From a virus (Duplodnaviria; Caudoviricetes), in IMG/VR virus record IMGVR_UViG_3300021400_000341, positions 2,595 to 66,594 of that record: 64,000 nt of DNA, one strand, 5' to 3'. Shown here piece after piece: positions 30,892 to 41,225 of the stretch (position 1 is its first letter; the number at the start of each line of letters is the position of its first letter). The position numbers and the translations under genes were made by a program. The notes under the pieces are model-generated. The model did no database searches and had not been told where the DNA came from. It saw nothing but the letters and a program-made list of their open reading frames with translations.

Positions 30892-32760
30892 ATGCATGAT
30901 ATACATGATATGTTTAGTGAATTCAATTTAGATATTGCTTTATTAGAAAGTGATGTGGATGCTAAGATAAATAGATATTTATCTAAAAAATATTTATACT
31001 ATACAGTAGAAGAAACTGAAAGTGAAGGTAAAAACCTTATTTCAGAGGCTACTGAATTTATTCGTAAGATAATTGAAAAAGTTAAAGAATTTTTTAAAAA
31101 CCTTATTGAAAAAATATCTAAAAAAATAATTGAGGCTAAAGAGTTATTAACCGATAGAGTGGAAATCGAAAATGCTTTAGTTGATATAAAAAATATTAAT
31201 GGTACATTTACTATTTTTGATAGGGTTAAATTTATAAATGCTTATGAAAAATTTAGAAAAGAAGTAATAAATCTGTATAAATCAGATATCCCGATTGATG
31301 AAAAAGTAGAGAAATTTACTGATTTAGTAAAAGAATATGATATAAATGCAACGGATATCTTTTTCTTATCAATTAATATTAAAGATAGTTTAAAACATTA
31401 TGATGATATTGTAAATAATACAGATAACGATTTATCCACTTTTAATGATAAATGTACTGAAACAGTTGATGATTTAAAATCTATCATTGTAAAAATAGAG
31501 GATGCCTCTAAGCTTAGTGCATATAAAAAGATGCTTACTAAATTTGTTGCAGTAAATAATGAATATGCTTCAACTTATATAGAGAATTCTTTTAAATCTT
31601 TAAATATCATTAAAAGAATATTACCTACATCACATAAAGAAATAGAAGCCATTAGAAGAAAACGTAATATGGATTTATTAAAAAATAAATATGATTATGA
31701 TGGTAAAACTATTAATGTCCGTGGTAAACGTGTACCTGTAAAGTTATATGATTCTAAAGATAATTATACTGCTGTAGATAGAATGGAAGGTGTTATTTAC
31801 TTAGCTGACGAGTTCTTCTTAGCTGATAAAGTAAATGAGGCAGAAGCTGTATTACAGCATGAAATAGGTCATGGTAGTGTACAAGCTCTTGCAAATCATT
31901 CTTTAGCTAATGAAGAATTTTTACCCAAAAGTAAAGCTTTACAATTTGTTGATAAATTATGTTATGATAAAGAATTTGAAACTCTACCTTCTGAAGTATT
32001 AAATGATATAAAATATAAAATCATTCTAAAATATGCTAAAGATACAAAAGGTCTAACTAAAAGAGATATATCTAATATAGTTAAACATAAACTAGCTAAA
32101 TATTCTAAAGGTGGTCACGCTAATCCGCTTGAGTTTGAAGCCGATTTATATGCATCTCAACATACTAAAAATAAAAATGATATTACTAATGCTGTGGATA
32201 AAGTTTATAAACCTTATCATAAATATTATATTAAAGGATACCATAAAGCATTGGACTATACAGCTAAAAAAGGACGTAATAGTGATATGAAGCAAGATTT
32301 TATAAAGGCTAGTAAAGAGGCTTTAGATGCTGAGAAACGAGGTATGGAAGATGATATTAATAGTCGTAAAGAAGCTTTAAAAGATAGAAGTATAACTGAT
32401 GATATGAAAAAAATTTATAAAGAAAATTATGATGATATTAGATTAGATATATATGAAGCATATGATAATGATGAGATTACATATGGTGAAAAAGAATATT
32501 TATTAGAAGAAGTAAATGATGCATATCATGAAAGTTTTAAAGATATATTTACGAGTAATAAAGCTAAAGAATTATTTAACAAAATAAATAAAGATAATAA
32601 ATATAATGATAAAAATGAAGATCCTACTATAACTAAAATGAAAGAAAATTTAGAAGAATTGAAAAAACGTAATGAGTATATTAACAAACTTAATGATAGC
32701 ACTGCAAAAAATCTTAACGCTATTAATAGAAGATTTGGTATAAATACTGTAATGAAATAA
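30892..32760 (+). CDS. Putative internal head protein with HExxH metallopeptidase domain and an internal copy of the shared leader
   Basis: LQHEIGH...NPLEFEADLYA; YDDIRLDIYEAYDNDEITYGEKEYLLEE at about 32428-32510. Confidence 0.6.
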   Translation: MHDIHDMFSEFNLDIALLESDVDAKINRYLSKKYLYYTVEETESEGKNLISEATEFIRKIIEKVKEFFKNLIEKISKKIIEAKELLTDRVEIENALVDIKNINGTFTIFDRVKFINAYEKFRKEVINLYKSDIPIDEKVEKFTDLVKEYDINATDIFFLSINIKDSLKHYDDIVNNTDNDLSTFNDKCTETVDDLKSIIVKIEDASKLSAYKKMLTKFVAVNNEYASTYIENSFKSLNIIKRILPTSHKEIEAIRRKRNMDLLKNKYDYDGKTINVRGKRVPVKLYDSKDNYTAVDRMEGVIYLADEFFLADKVNEAEAVLQHEIGHGSVQALANHSLANEEFLPKSKALQFVDKLCYDKEFETLPSEVLNDIKYKIILKYAKDTKGLTKRDISNIVKHKLAKYSKGGHANPLEFEADLYASQHTKNKNDITNAVDKVYKPYHKYYIKGYHKALDYTAKKGRNSDMKQDFIKASKEALDAEKRGMEDDINSRKEALKDRSITDDMKKIYKENYDDIRLDIYEAYDNDEITYGEKEYLLEEVNDAYHESFKDIFTSNKAKELFNKINKDNKYNDKNEDPTITKMKENLEELKKRNEYINKLNDSTAKNLNAINRRFGINTVMK

Positions 32761-32826
32761 TAAGTATGTACTTTAAATAAAAACAGTATATTAATAAAAA
32801 TAACATGAAAGGTGTGAATTTATACT

Positions 32827-33468
32827 ATGAGTGATTTTAATTATTTATTAAGTCAACCCCTTCCTTCAAAACTTTATACTGAAGGTCTTGATTGTTGCGT
32901 TAATAGTGAGTTAAATAATGGACCTGTTATAGATACAAGTTTAAATAATCCTGATTATCAGCCGGCACCTATGGAGGTTCCGAGAGTTCCTGATGTAGAA
33001 TTCCCTTCAACAACTCCTGTAAGTAATCCTGTTTCTACAGAGTTAACTCCTGAAGAGGATAGAAAAGTTGATGATACAATGAATGCTGTTGCTACACCAA
33101 TAATGATTCAATCTGAATTAACTGATAAAGAGATTGAGGAATTTGTTGAATCTGTTGATAGTGACATTGCTATTAATGAAGGATTATTAACTGAAAGAAC
33201 TATTGTTAGATTTGATAAGAATGCTAGAAAGAACCAGCTTATGGCTGTTGCTGTTCTTGCAGTAGCAAGAGAAAAGAAAGATCCATTATATAAAAAGCTT
33301 AATACTATTTATAAAATGGAGAGAATTATTGAAGCTAAACTTCGTAAAAAATATTATTCTCAAGCAACGAGAAAAGTTCAAGAATATCTTAAGAGAGCAA
33401 GACAGAGTAAATCCGGTATATTAGCCAGAGCAGCTGCTAAACTCTCCGGTATATTTAAAAAGAAATAA
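32827..33468 (+). CDS. Putative virion protein with acidic propeptide and basic C-terminal domain
   Basis: Late motif at 32782-32793; acidic Pro-rich N-half, K/R-rich C-half. Confidence 0.55.
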   Translation: MSDFNYLLSQPLPSKLYTEGLDCCVNSELNNGPVIDTSLNNPDYQPAPMEVPRVPDVEFPSTTPVSNPVSTELTPEEDRKVDDTMNAVATPIMIQSELTDKEIEEFVESVDSDIAINEGLLTERTIVRFDKNARKNQLMAVAVLAVAREKKDPLYKKLNTIYKMERIIEAKLRKKYYSQATRKVQEYLKRARQSKSGILARAAAKLSGIFKKK

Positions 33469-33479
33469 TTTAGTAAATA

Positions 33480-33511
33480 ATATAGAGAAGGTTATAAAAC
33501 CTTCTCTATAT
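33480..33511. terminator. Bidirectional terminator
   Basis: ATATAGAGAAGGTT-ATAA-AACCTTCTCTATAT between convergent genes. Confidence 0.8.
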
Positions 33512-33518
33512 TTATTCT

Positions 33519-34148
33519 TTAAATATCTAATTCATATTCAGGATATGAATCATAAACATACTCATTAGTATTATTCCAAGCATTATGATGTTTAGTTATC
33601 GTATTTGGATCATATTTAATATATACACTAGGATCATTTTTATAATCTTCAATAAGTTTTTCCAGTTTTTTAACAGCTACTTTATCTAATGGATGTTTTG
33701 ATTTTTGTAAAGTTTTAATTAAACTTTTTGTATAACAAAGACCAACTGGAGGAACATTGACACCCGGAAGTGAAGTTACAGCTTGATTAACTCCTACAAC
33801 ACCGAGAGTTTTTACTCCCATTCTAACTCTATTTCTTAATTTATGAGCTTTTGGTGAATTTACTTTTATTTTTTTACCAACATAATCAGCTGCTTTATTT
33901 ATTCCGTTATTAATAGGTGTATTTATTTTATCAACAACACCATCTTCTACTTTTTTACCTACATATTTTGCTGCATTTATTACTTTGCGTCCTAACTTTT
34001 TGTTTTCTTTTTCTTTATCTAATCTATCTTCTAATTCGTATGGGTCTTCTCCAACGGCTTCTAAGAGATATTCTTTTTCATCATATGAGATTTCTCCATT
34101 ATCGTATGCTTCATAAATCTCTAATCTAATACTATCATAATAATTCAT
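33519..34148 (-). CDS. Leader-bearing cargo protein (putative internal head protein)
   Basis: Starts MNYYDSIRLEIYEAYDNGEISYDEKEYLLE; ATG 34148 follows SD GAAAGGAG; late motif at 34179-34190. Confidence 0.7.
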   Translation of the reverse strand: MNYYDSIRLEIYEAYDNGEISYDEKEYLLEAVGEDPYELEDRLDKEKENKKLGRKVINAAKYVGKKVEDGVVDKINTPINNGINKAADYVGKKIKVNSPKAHKLRNRVRMGVKTLGVVGVNQAVTSLPGVNVPPVGLCYTKSLIKTLQKSKHPLDKVAVKKLEKLIEDYKNDPSVYIKYDPNTITKHHNAWNNTNEYVYDSYPEYELDI

Positions 34149-34299
34149 AACACAGTCTCCTTTCATTAGTATATAGGTTATATTAATGTTTTTAAATAGT
34201 AAAAAACATTATAATGGTTTTTATTTTAAATGATTATGATATATAATAAAAACAATATTTTAATTAAATATAATCTTATAATGAAAGGAGAGAATATGA

Positions 34300-35799
34300 A
34301 TGGGTTATCTTGAAGATATTACAAAATTCATTAAAGATGGTAGTAAATATGCTAAAGATGCTAAATCTGCTTTTGATAAGAATAGACCTTCAGGAAGTAT
34401 TGCAAAAAAAGCATTAAATGGTACTTTACAATTCCCTTGCTTAGTGTCTAATTCTATACCTATTGATATGGCAAGTACTTTAGCAAAAACCTTTGAAAGA
34501 GTATATGCATCTTTTATTCAGACATATCTATCATTAAATAGTACAGTAGATATTTCTGTAGACAAAAACCCTTCAGATTTTTTAAAGAAAATTCATAAGA
34601 ATATTAAATTGGAATCTACTGAGTTAGATATGTATGTTGAGAATTGTTTTGAAGCTGATGAGGATTTTGATAATTTATTAAGCAGAATATACAATGGTAC
34701 TACTAAAGCATATATTAATGAAAACGAAAATAAAATGATAGTTTTCAATTTATCTGAAAAATTATCTCCTGAAGTATTTCATGAAAATAAAGATTTATTA
34801 GAAGAATCCTTAAAAGAAATAGATTTTAAACCTTTTCCCAATATTGGAAATAGTCCTTTTTATGAAGGTCATTGGAATGGTGATACATATATCCCAAGCA
34901 CCTTACGTGAAGTACGTGACAATATAGTTGACAATGCGAGTAGCAGTTTAATAGGAAATGTAATAGGTGCTGTTAGAGATGCAGGTAGAGCAGCATGGGA
35001 TCAGAATAGAGGCCCCAGTAATGTTGAAAAATGGAGAAATGATCAAGATTTTAAAAAAACTGAATTGGGTGCTAAACTTAAAGGTAATTATGATTTGAGA
35101 AATGAAGTTTTAACTGCTGATAAATTTGTAATTCCTCAGATATTAAATGACCAAGATGTTAAGAAAGCTAATGAAATGCAACCTTATTTAATGCAAGTTA
35201 GGTTAATGGCTGTTAATGATGAAAATGAATTTGTACAATTCATGGATTTCATTGTAGGTATAAAGGTTGTATTACATCCAATAAAGTCTGATGAAATGAT
35301 TACTAATTTACAAAGAGTAATGCAGAATAATAATAAGTTCTTTAATTTCATTAGATGGACTACCGGTGAAAAGGCTTTCTTTAAAGATTTCTTATTTGAT
35401 ATAAAGAATATGAAATTAGATGTAGCTAATAGATCCATGGGAGCTTCAAGTTGGTGGAATACATTAAAGAGATTAAAAGATAGATCAAATTATACTACTG
35501 CATTATTCAATAGAAATCAGATGATACCAAATGCTACTATGATAATTACTTCATTTGAAGTAGATGCTCTTAGAGAAGATTTTGGTATGGATTTGAGAAA
35601 TGTTGCATATGCTATTAAATTAATGCAATCATTATTCTTAATGAGCTTTGTTATAGTTAATAATGATACAAGAACAGTTGAAATATTATATGAGGGTGAG
35701 AGATCATATCAAACATATGCTCTTGAAACTCTTGAAAGAGAAGTTACTCTTAATTCTAATAAAGTTGGTAGAGAACTTACCAGAATGATTAGTAGATAA
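34300..35799 (+). CDS. Putative virion structural protein
   Basis: SD GAAAGGAG; late motif at 34251-34262. Confidence 0.55.
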   Translation: MGYLEDITKFIKDGSKYAKDAKSAFDKNRPSGSIAKKALNGTLQFPCLVSNSIPIDMASTLAKTFERVYASFIQTYLSLNSTVDISVDKNPSDFLKKIHKNIKLESTELDMYVENCFEADEDFDNLLSRIYNGTTKAYINENENKMIVFNLSEKLSPEVFHENKDLLEESLKEIDFKPFPNIGNSPFYEGHWNGDTYIPSTLREVRDNIVDNASSSLIGNVIGAVRDAGRAAWDQNRGPSNVEKWRNDQDFKKTELGAKLKGNYDLRNEVLTADKFVIPQILNDQDVKKANEMQPYLMQVRLMAVNDENEFVQFMDFIVGIKVVLHPIKSDEMITNLQRVMQNNNKFFNFIRWTTGEKAFFKDFLFDIKNMKLDVANRSMGASSWWNTLKRLKDRSNYTTALFNRNQMIPNATMIITSFEVDALREDFGMDLRNVAYAIKLMQSLFLMSFVIVNNDTRTVEILYEGERSYQTYALETLEREVTLNSNKVGRELTRMISR

Positions 35800-35811
35800 G
35801 GAGGTGTTTTT

Positions 35812-36816
35812 GTGGCTTATTATAATTATAAACAAGATGCATTTAAAATATTAAAAGAGTCTTCAGATTTAGCTGTATATGATAATAAACATGTTAATGC
35901 TATATTTGAAGATATAAATTCTCCAGCTACTAATAATTATTTAGAGAAGTTATATTCTTCTGTAATAGACAAATCACATGTAGATTTTGGAGATATTCCT
36001 AATTCCAGAGGAAATATTGAAAAATATTCCGGATATGCAAGTATGAATGAGATACTTGATACATTAGAAGTTTTTGCTAGAGAGAAAAAATCTTCCTCAT
36101 TAGCAAATTATATTAAAATTGTAAAAGATAGTATTTCATATTTAAAAATAAATTCCAGCAGATATCAGAAAGGTTATCTTGCTAAAAATGATATTATTAT
36201 AACAGAATATAATATTATAGTATATACAGTAATACAGGCTGTAAGTACTTTATTATATGAATTTGTTGATTACATTAAGAGACCTGATCAAGATACTGTT
36301 GAAATTGTATTAAAAGATACAAAATATAAAGCAAATCTTTTCTATATTCAACAACTCGAAAAATATAATAAAATAAACTCTAATATGAAATATGCTGAAT
36401 ATTTAGATGGTATATTGGCAAATGGTAGAGAAGCTTTTACAGGTATAGAAGCTATTGGATTAGGTGCTGTGGTTGCAGTAGCTTTAGCAATAGTTCCTAT
36501 AACAAGAGAAGTTATATATCAGATATATAATATAAGATCTAAAATTTCAGATTGTCTTGCACAACAAGCATATTTCTTAGAGATGAATAAATCTATAGTT
36601 GAAGCTAATAAAGAATTTAATGCTGCTAAGAAGAAAAACATTTTAATGAGACAAGAGAAAGTTAGAAATACATTCTTAAGATTATCTGATAAGTTAAGAG
36701 TTGCTGCGGTTGATGCAGATATTAAATCAAAAACAATGCTTAAAAACGATAATCGAAGATTAACTATAGATGTAGCTAAACAACAAAGTGATAATGATAC
36801 TTTGAGTTTACTATAA
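35812..36816 (+). CDS. Putative virion protein with a hydrophobic segment
   Basis: AIGLGAVVAVALAIVPIT segment; GTG start after AAGGAGG. Confidence 0.55.
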   Translation: MAYYNYKQDAFKILKESSDLAVYDNKHVNAIFEDINSPATNNYLEKLYSSVIDKSHVDFGDIPNSRGNIEKYSGYASMNEILDTLEVFAREKKSSSLANYIKIVKDSISYLKINSSRYQKGYLAKNDIIITEYNIIVYTVIQAVSTLLYEFVDYIKRPDQDTVEIVLKDTKYKANLFYIQQLEKYNKINSNMKYAEYLDGILANGREAFTGIEAIGLGAVVAVALAIVPITREVIYQIYNIRSKISDCLAQQAYFLEMNKSIVEANKEFNAAKKKNILMRQEKVRNTFLRLSDKLRVAAVDADIKSKTMLKNDNRRLTIDVAKQQSDNDTLSLL

Positions 36817-36844
36817 AATTATTTTTAGAAAGGAGAGTTAGAAA

Positions 36845-37510
36845 ATGAATATAGAAAATCCTTTTGAGGAATTAAGTATCATTTTTAATAATACAAGTTC
36901 TAAAATAGAGGAGAATTTTCAATTTTCTGAATCACATATATCATTCTCTTTTTTAGAAATAATTAAAAATGAGTTTGATTCTTATAGTAAATTACTAAAA
37001 GAATATTTTTCAAATAACTTAGATTCTATTAATGATATATTTAATAGTCCTAAAGATGATTTTACAAATATATGTAATATAGATAATGCTATAAATATTT
37101 ATGAGGAATATTATAAAGGATTACTAGATTATATTAGAAAATATATAGATAGCAATAGTGCTGAGTTTGATGTGCATTTTGTTATGGATAAAGATAGCGA
37201 ATTTGTATCTAAGATATTTGAACCTGACCCTAATAAAATAGTAACAAAAGATGTTGCTATTTCTAATATTACAGATATTACATTAATGATAGATAATATT
37301 CTATCTGATAAATTTACAGATATAAAAAATATTCTTATGAGTATAAAGGATAGTAATAATAATTTAAATTCTGATGTATTTAAATTATTAGTATACTCTG
37401 TAAGAAATTTTATATTTAATATAATAAATAATATATTTAAGAGCTATTATCAATTATTAAATAATAATAATGATACAGATGATAGTGTAATAGAATATAG
37501 ATTATTTTAA
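36845..37510 (+). CDS. Hypothetical acidic protein
   Basis: ORF with SD GAAAGGAG in the late operon. Confidence 0.65.
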   Translation: MNIENPFEELSIIFNNTSSKIEENFQFSESHISFSFLEIIKNEFDSYSKLLKEYFSNNLDSINDIFNSPKDDFTNICNIDNAINIYEEYYKGLLDYIRKYIDSNSAEFDVHFVMDKDSEFVSKIFEPDPNKIVTKDVAISNITDITLMIDNILSDKFTDIKNILMSIKDSNNNLNSDVFKLLVYSVRNFIFNIINNIFKSYYQLLNNNNDTDDSVIEYRLF

Positions 37511-37514
37511 GAAA

Positions 37515-38708
37515 GTGAGGTATTATATTATGAGTACTTTATATGGATATATGTCTCCATTTGAATTAAAATTAGCAAGAGAAGATGCTAAACTCGAACT
37601 TGAAGGTTCTAGACTCATTTATGAATATGAAATGTTAGAAAAAGAGCATGAACTGATGTTAGAGGAAATAGAACTTAAATCCATTTTCATGGAAGGTTGT
37701 ACATCTGATGATTTATATATGATGTATGAAGATGAAAATGAGAGTAATGAAGAGAAAAAAGAAGGTATATTAACTAAAATTTGGAATTGGTTAAAGAATA
37801 TATTTAATGCTATTATCGGAAAGACTAAAGAAACTATACGTTATATTGTAGTCGATGTAAACTATGCTATTGGTTATAGTGTTGATAAGATTAATAATAT
37901 ATTAAACGATGTTGAAAACGTTATAGGTAAGTTTAAAGGTAATAAAGACGCAGAATTAACAAAAGACGACATCAAAAAATATAATCATATTTCGGCCATA
38001 GTTGATATTGATGATAACGGTAACTCTAAAATTAATGAGGATTCATATATAAATGCAATTAAAGATAAAGGATCTGTACCGGGTGATAAATTGAAAAGTG
38101 GATTTGAAAGTTTATCAAATAGATGTAAGGAGATTCTTAATACTATCGGAGATGCTACTACTGCTTTGAGTAGAAGTATTGCTGGTTTTCTTAGAGCTAT
38201 AGTATCAAGAATAAATACTACTGTTACTGTTCTACTTAACCAAATTAAAAATAAAAGCGATAATAGTGGTACTAATGAACTTGCTAATATGACAGATGAA
38301 GAAAAAAATAAAATACTCAACGGAATAAAAAATATAATAAACGATGCAAAAAATAAAATTCCTGATGAAGTTAAACAAGCATTTAAAGATGATGCTAATA
38401 AAGTATTAGATAAATTTGTTGAGAAGTTTGGTAAAAAATCTGTAGAAGTTGCAAATACATCTTCAAGTGCAGCTGTTAATTTCATAGAAAATCTATTTTC
38501 TGGAGGGGAAAATAAAGGAGAAGAACAGAAAAAAGGAGAAGAACATGTAGATCAAAATAGTGTACATGATGTAGATGATGTATATAGTTCTATATTTGAA
38601 TCATTAGATATAGATACTATTGATAGTACTTTTGAGAAGTCTTATTCAGAAAGCTATAATAATGATTTAGATGATTTCGCAAATATATTAGATGATCTCC
38701 TTCAATAA
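37515..38708 (+). CDS. Putative internal head protein (paralogue family)
   Basis: Acidic N-terminal propeptide then GILTKIWNWLKNIFNAIIG amphipathic helix shared with 38721, 39941 and 30892. Confidence 0.55.
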   Translation: MRYYIMSTLYGYMSPFELKLAREDAKLELEGSRLIYEYEMLEKEHELMLEEIELKSIFMEGCTSDDLYMMYEDENESNEEKKEGILTKIWNWLKNIFNAIIGKTKETIRYIVVDVNYAIGYSVDKINNILNDVENVIGKFKGNKDAELTKDDIKKYNHISAIVDIDDNGNSKINEDSYINAIKDKGSVPGDKLKSGFESLSNRCKEILNTIGDATTALSRSIAGFLRAIVSRINTTVTVLLNQIKNKSDNSGTNELANMTDEEKNKILNGIKNIINDAKNKIPDEVKQAFKDDANKVLDKFVEKFGKKSVEVANTSSSAAVNFIENLFSGGENKGEEQKKGEEHVDQNSVHDVDDVYSSIFESLDIDTIDSTFEKSYSESYNNDLDDFANILDDLLQ

Positions 38709-38720
38709 GAGAGGAGGATA

Positions 38721-39896
38721 TTGATTATGATGTATAATGAATTATCCTTGGATGAATATATTTTATTTACAGAACATAGTTTAAATAGGATATTCTTAAA
38801 CTTAGATAAATTATTTATGGAAAGTGATTTATTAGAAAAAGAATATGAATTAAAGTTACTTACAGAAAATCCTGATATAGATAAATTAGATAATTTCTAT
38901 TTTGAAGATACTGATGTAAAAAAGAAGTCTGATGAAATCGATATGAAAAAAGATGGATTATTTGGAAGTATATGGAAGTTACTTAAAGGCTTAATTGCTA
39001 AAGTAAAAGAATTTTTATTTGGAATTAAAAAAGAGGATCTTCCGGAAAAAGTAGAAACTCATGTTACTGTAGATAGACTAGAACAAAATACAAATACTTT
39101 ATTTCAGGCTTTAGAACAATTAAAAGCAGGTGCTAAGGATAAAGCTGAAAAATTATTAGGGTTTGCTAAAAAACATCCTGTACTAACTGCTTCAGCAATT
39201 CTTCTTATTGGTAAAAACAAAGTCAATAGAGAATGGGAAGATGCTAAAGTATATATAAATAATGTGGACCAGCGTCTAACTGAGTATGAACAATTTAAAA
39301 TAGATGATAATGATGAAGAGAAAAAAAGTCTTTTTAAGAAAATCGTGAGTGGCATTAAGGCAAATGTAGCAAAAGCAAAAGATGTTATTCATTACCATGA
39401 TGAAAAGAGAAAAGGAGGAGAAGAAAAACTTACTCCTAAAGATGGAACTGATGTTGCTGCTGAACAAAAAGAAGTTCGTGCTAAAATTGAAAAACTTCCT
39501 GAATTAAATAAATATATAGATAGTCTTAGACAAGAAATTGAAGATATTCCTAAAAAAATTGCAAATGTAGAGCTTCGATTAAGGTTTAAAGATTATATTG
39601 ATTTGGAAGATAAAGAAAGTAGTGGCAACTTAGAAACAAAACCCCGTAGCTTTAAACGGTATACAAATGAAGAAAAAAAATTAAAAGATCTAAGAGACAT
39701 GGATAAAAACGGTGAAGGGTTCAACGCATATAATCAAATAAAAAAACTTAGGGAAAAACTTAAAGTAAAAGAAGCAGAGAGAGATGCTATATATTCTGCT
39801 GCTAAATCACATAATATTAGTATAGAAAAATATTTTAAGAACTCTAAAAAAGATGCAGCTAATAAAGCTATATCTGGTGACAATTCAAAAAATTAA
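38721..39896 (+). CDS. Putative internal head protein (paralogue family)
   Basis: Acidic propeptide to NFYFE, then GLFGSIWKLLKGLIAKVKEFLFG. Confidence 0.55.
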   Translation: MIMMYNELSLDEYILFTEHSLNRIFLNLDKLFMESDLLEKEYELKLLTENPDIDKLDNFYFEDTDVKKKSDEIDMKKDGLFGSIWKLLKGLIAKVKEFLFGIKKEDLPEKVETHVTVDRLEQNTNTLFQALEQLKAGAKDKAEKLLGFAKKHPVLTASAILLIGKNKVNREWEDAKVYINNVDQRLTEYEQFKIDDNDEEKKSLFKKIVSGIKANVAKAKDVIHYHDEKRKGGEEKLTPKDGTDVAAEQKEVRAKIEKLPELNKYIDSLRQEIEDIPKKIANVELRLRFKDYIDLEDKESSGNLETKPRSFKRYTNEEKKLKDLRDMDKNGEGFNAYNQIKKLREKLKVKEAERDAIYSAAKSHNISIEKYFKNSKKDAANKAISGDNSKN

Positions 39897-39940
39897 AACT
39901 AATACAATATAATAAAATATTTAAAGAAAGGAGCTATTTT

Positions 39941-41182
39941 ATGTTAGGTGAGATTGTTAATAATATGAAGCAGATTTCAGCTATTTATGATATAAATGAA
40001 GCTAAGACTAATGCATATTACGAAGCAGCTATAAATGAGTATATAATAAATTGTAAAACTGCTCAACTTAAAGTATTTCAAGAGTCAGGAACAGAAGATG
40101 ATTTATTATATCTTGAAGCTGAAGCTGGAAAAAGTTTCTTTGATAAAATAGTTGATACTTTACAGGGTATATTAAATAATATATTAACATTTTTTAAAAA
40201 TCTTTTTGAAAAAATTACTGGTTTATTTAAGAAAAATTCTGAAAAAATAGATAAACTTGAAAAAATAGCAAAATCTAATCCTGCTATAGGTAATGCTAAA
40301 ATAGACCTGCCTGATAATAAAGCATTAAATGATAATTATAATAAAGCTATGGCTGAATTAGATAAATTAGAAGCTAAGATGAAAGCTGGTAAAGAAATTA
40401 GTGAAGATGAATTAGATAATATTGAAAAAAATTTCTTTGAAAGACATAGAAAAATATTAACTGGTGCTGGAGTTGTTGCTGGAACAGTTGTTGCAGGAAT
40501 TGCTTTATACAAGAAATTGGCTACATCTGATACTCTTAAAGGTGATAATTTCGTTGTCAATAATTTAAACAAATTGATAACATGGTGTAATTCTAAGAGA
40601 GAAAAAAATATAGATAAAGCTATATCTAAAGATACAGGTGTAAGAAACTTACCAAGTTTTATGTATGCACCTAAAATTGCAATGCTTAGAAATTCCATCG
40701 CCAGAGCTAAATCACAAGGTTTAGTATATCAAATGCAAGGATTATTAACTATACTTAAAACTTATACTGGTAAAGGTATTAGTGACACTGAGTATTCTGA
40801 TATACATCTAAGTTCTAAATTACGTCCGTTTGATGATCCTCATAGTGATAGAGTGGCGTCGGATATGGTAAAGATTAAGAATGGTAGTGATGTAAATATT
40901 GTAAAGAATATAGCCGCTAGTATGGAATCATATACAGATTATGATAATGATTTTATGAATAATTATGATAATACTGATGACGATTCATCATCAGATATAA
41001 CGGATTACGATAATAATTTAAATGAAGGATATTCAGATAAGTTTAGTGAAATAATCAATAAATTATGTACTGATGGTTTATCAGATAGAAATAAATTTAC
41101 TGAATTACAAAATAAAATATATAATAATTTGAATACATCCGATTTAGTGGATGATAATAATGACGATTCTTTTTTTAGATAA
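39941..41182 (+). CDS. Putative internal head protein (paralogue family)
   Basis: Propeptide to LLYLE, then SFFDKIVDTLQGILNNILTFFKNLFEKI; hydrophobic ILTGAGVVAGTVVAGIAL; acidic C-tail. Confidence 0.55.
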   Translation: MLGEIVNNMKQISAIYDINEAKTNAYYEAAINEYIINCKTAQLKVFQESGTEDDLLYLEAEAGKSFFDKIVDTLQGILNNILTFFKNLFEKITGLFKKNSEKIDKLEKIAKSNPAIGNAKIDLPDNKALNDNYNKAMAELDKLEAKMKAGKEISEDELDNIEKNFFERHRKILTGAGVVAGTVVAGIALYKKLATSDTLKGDNFVVNNLNKLITWCNSKREKNIDKAISKDTGVRNLPSFMYAPKIAMLRNSIARAKSQGLVYQMQGLLTILKTYTGKGISDTEYSDIHLSSKLRPFDDPHSDRVASDMVKIKNGSDVNIVKNIAASMESYTDYDNDFMNNYDNTDDDSSSDITDYDNNLNEGYSDKFSEIINKLCTDGLSDRNKFTELQNKIYNNLNTSDLVDDNNDDSFFR

Positions 41183-41225
41183 ACCTATATAAAATAAATT
41201 GTATATATGAAAGGAGACTTTAATT

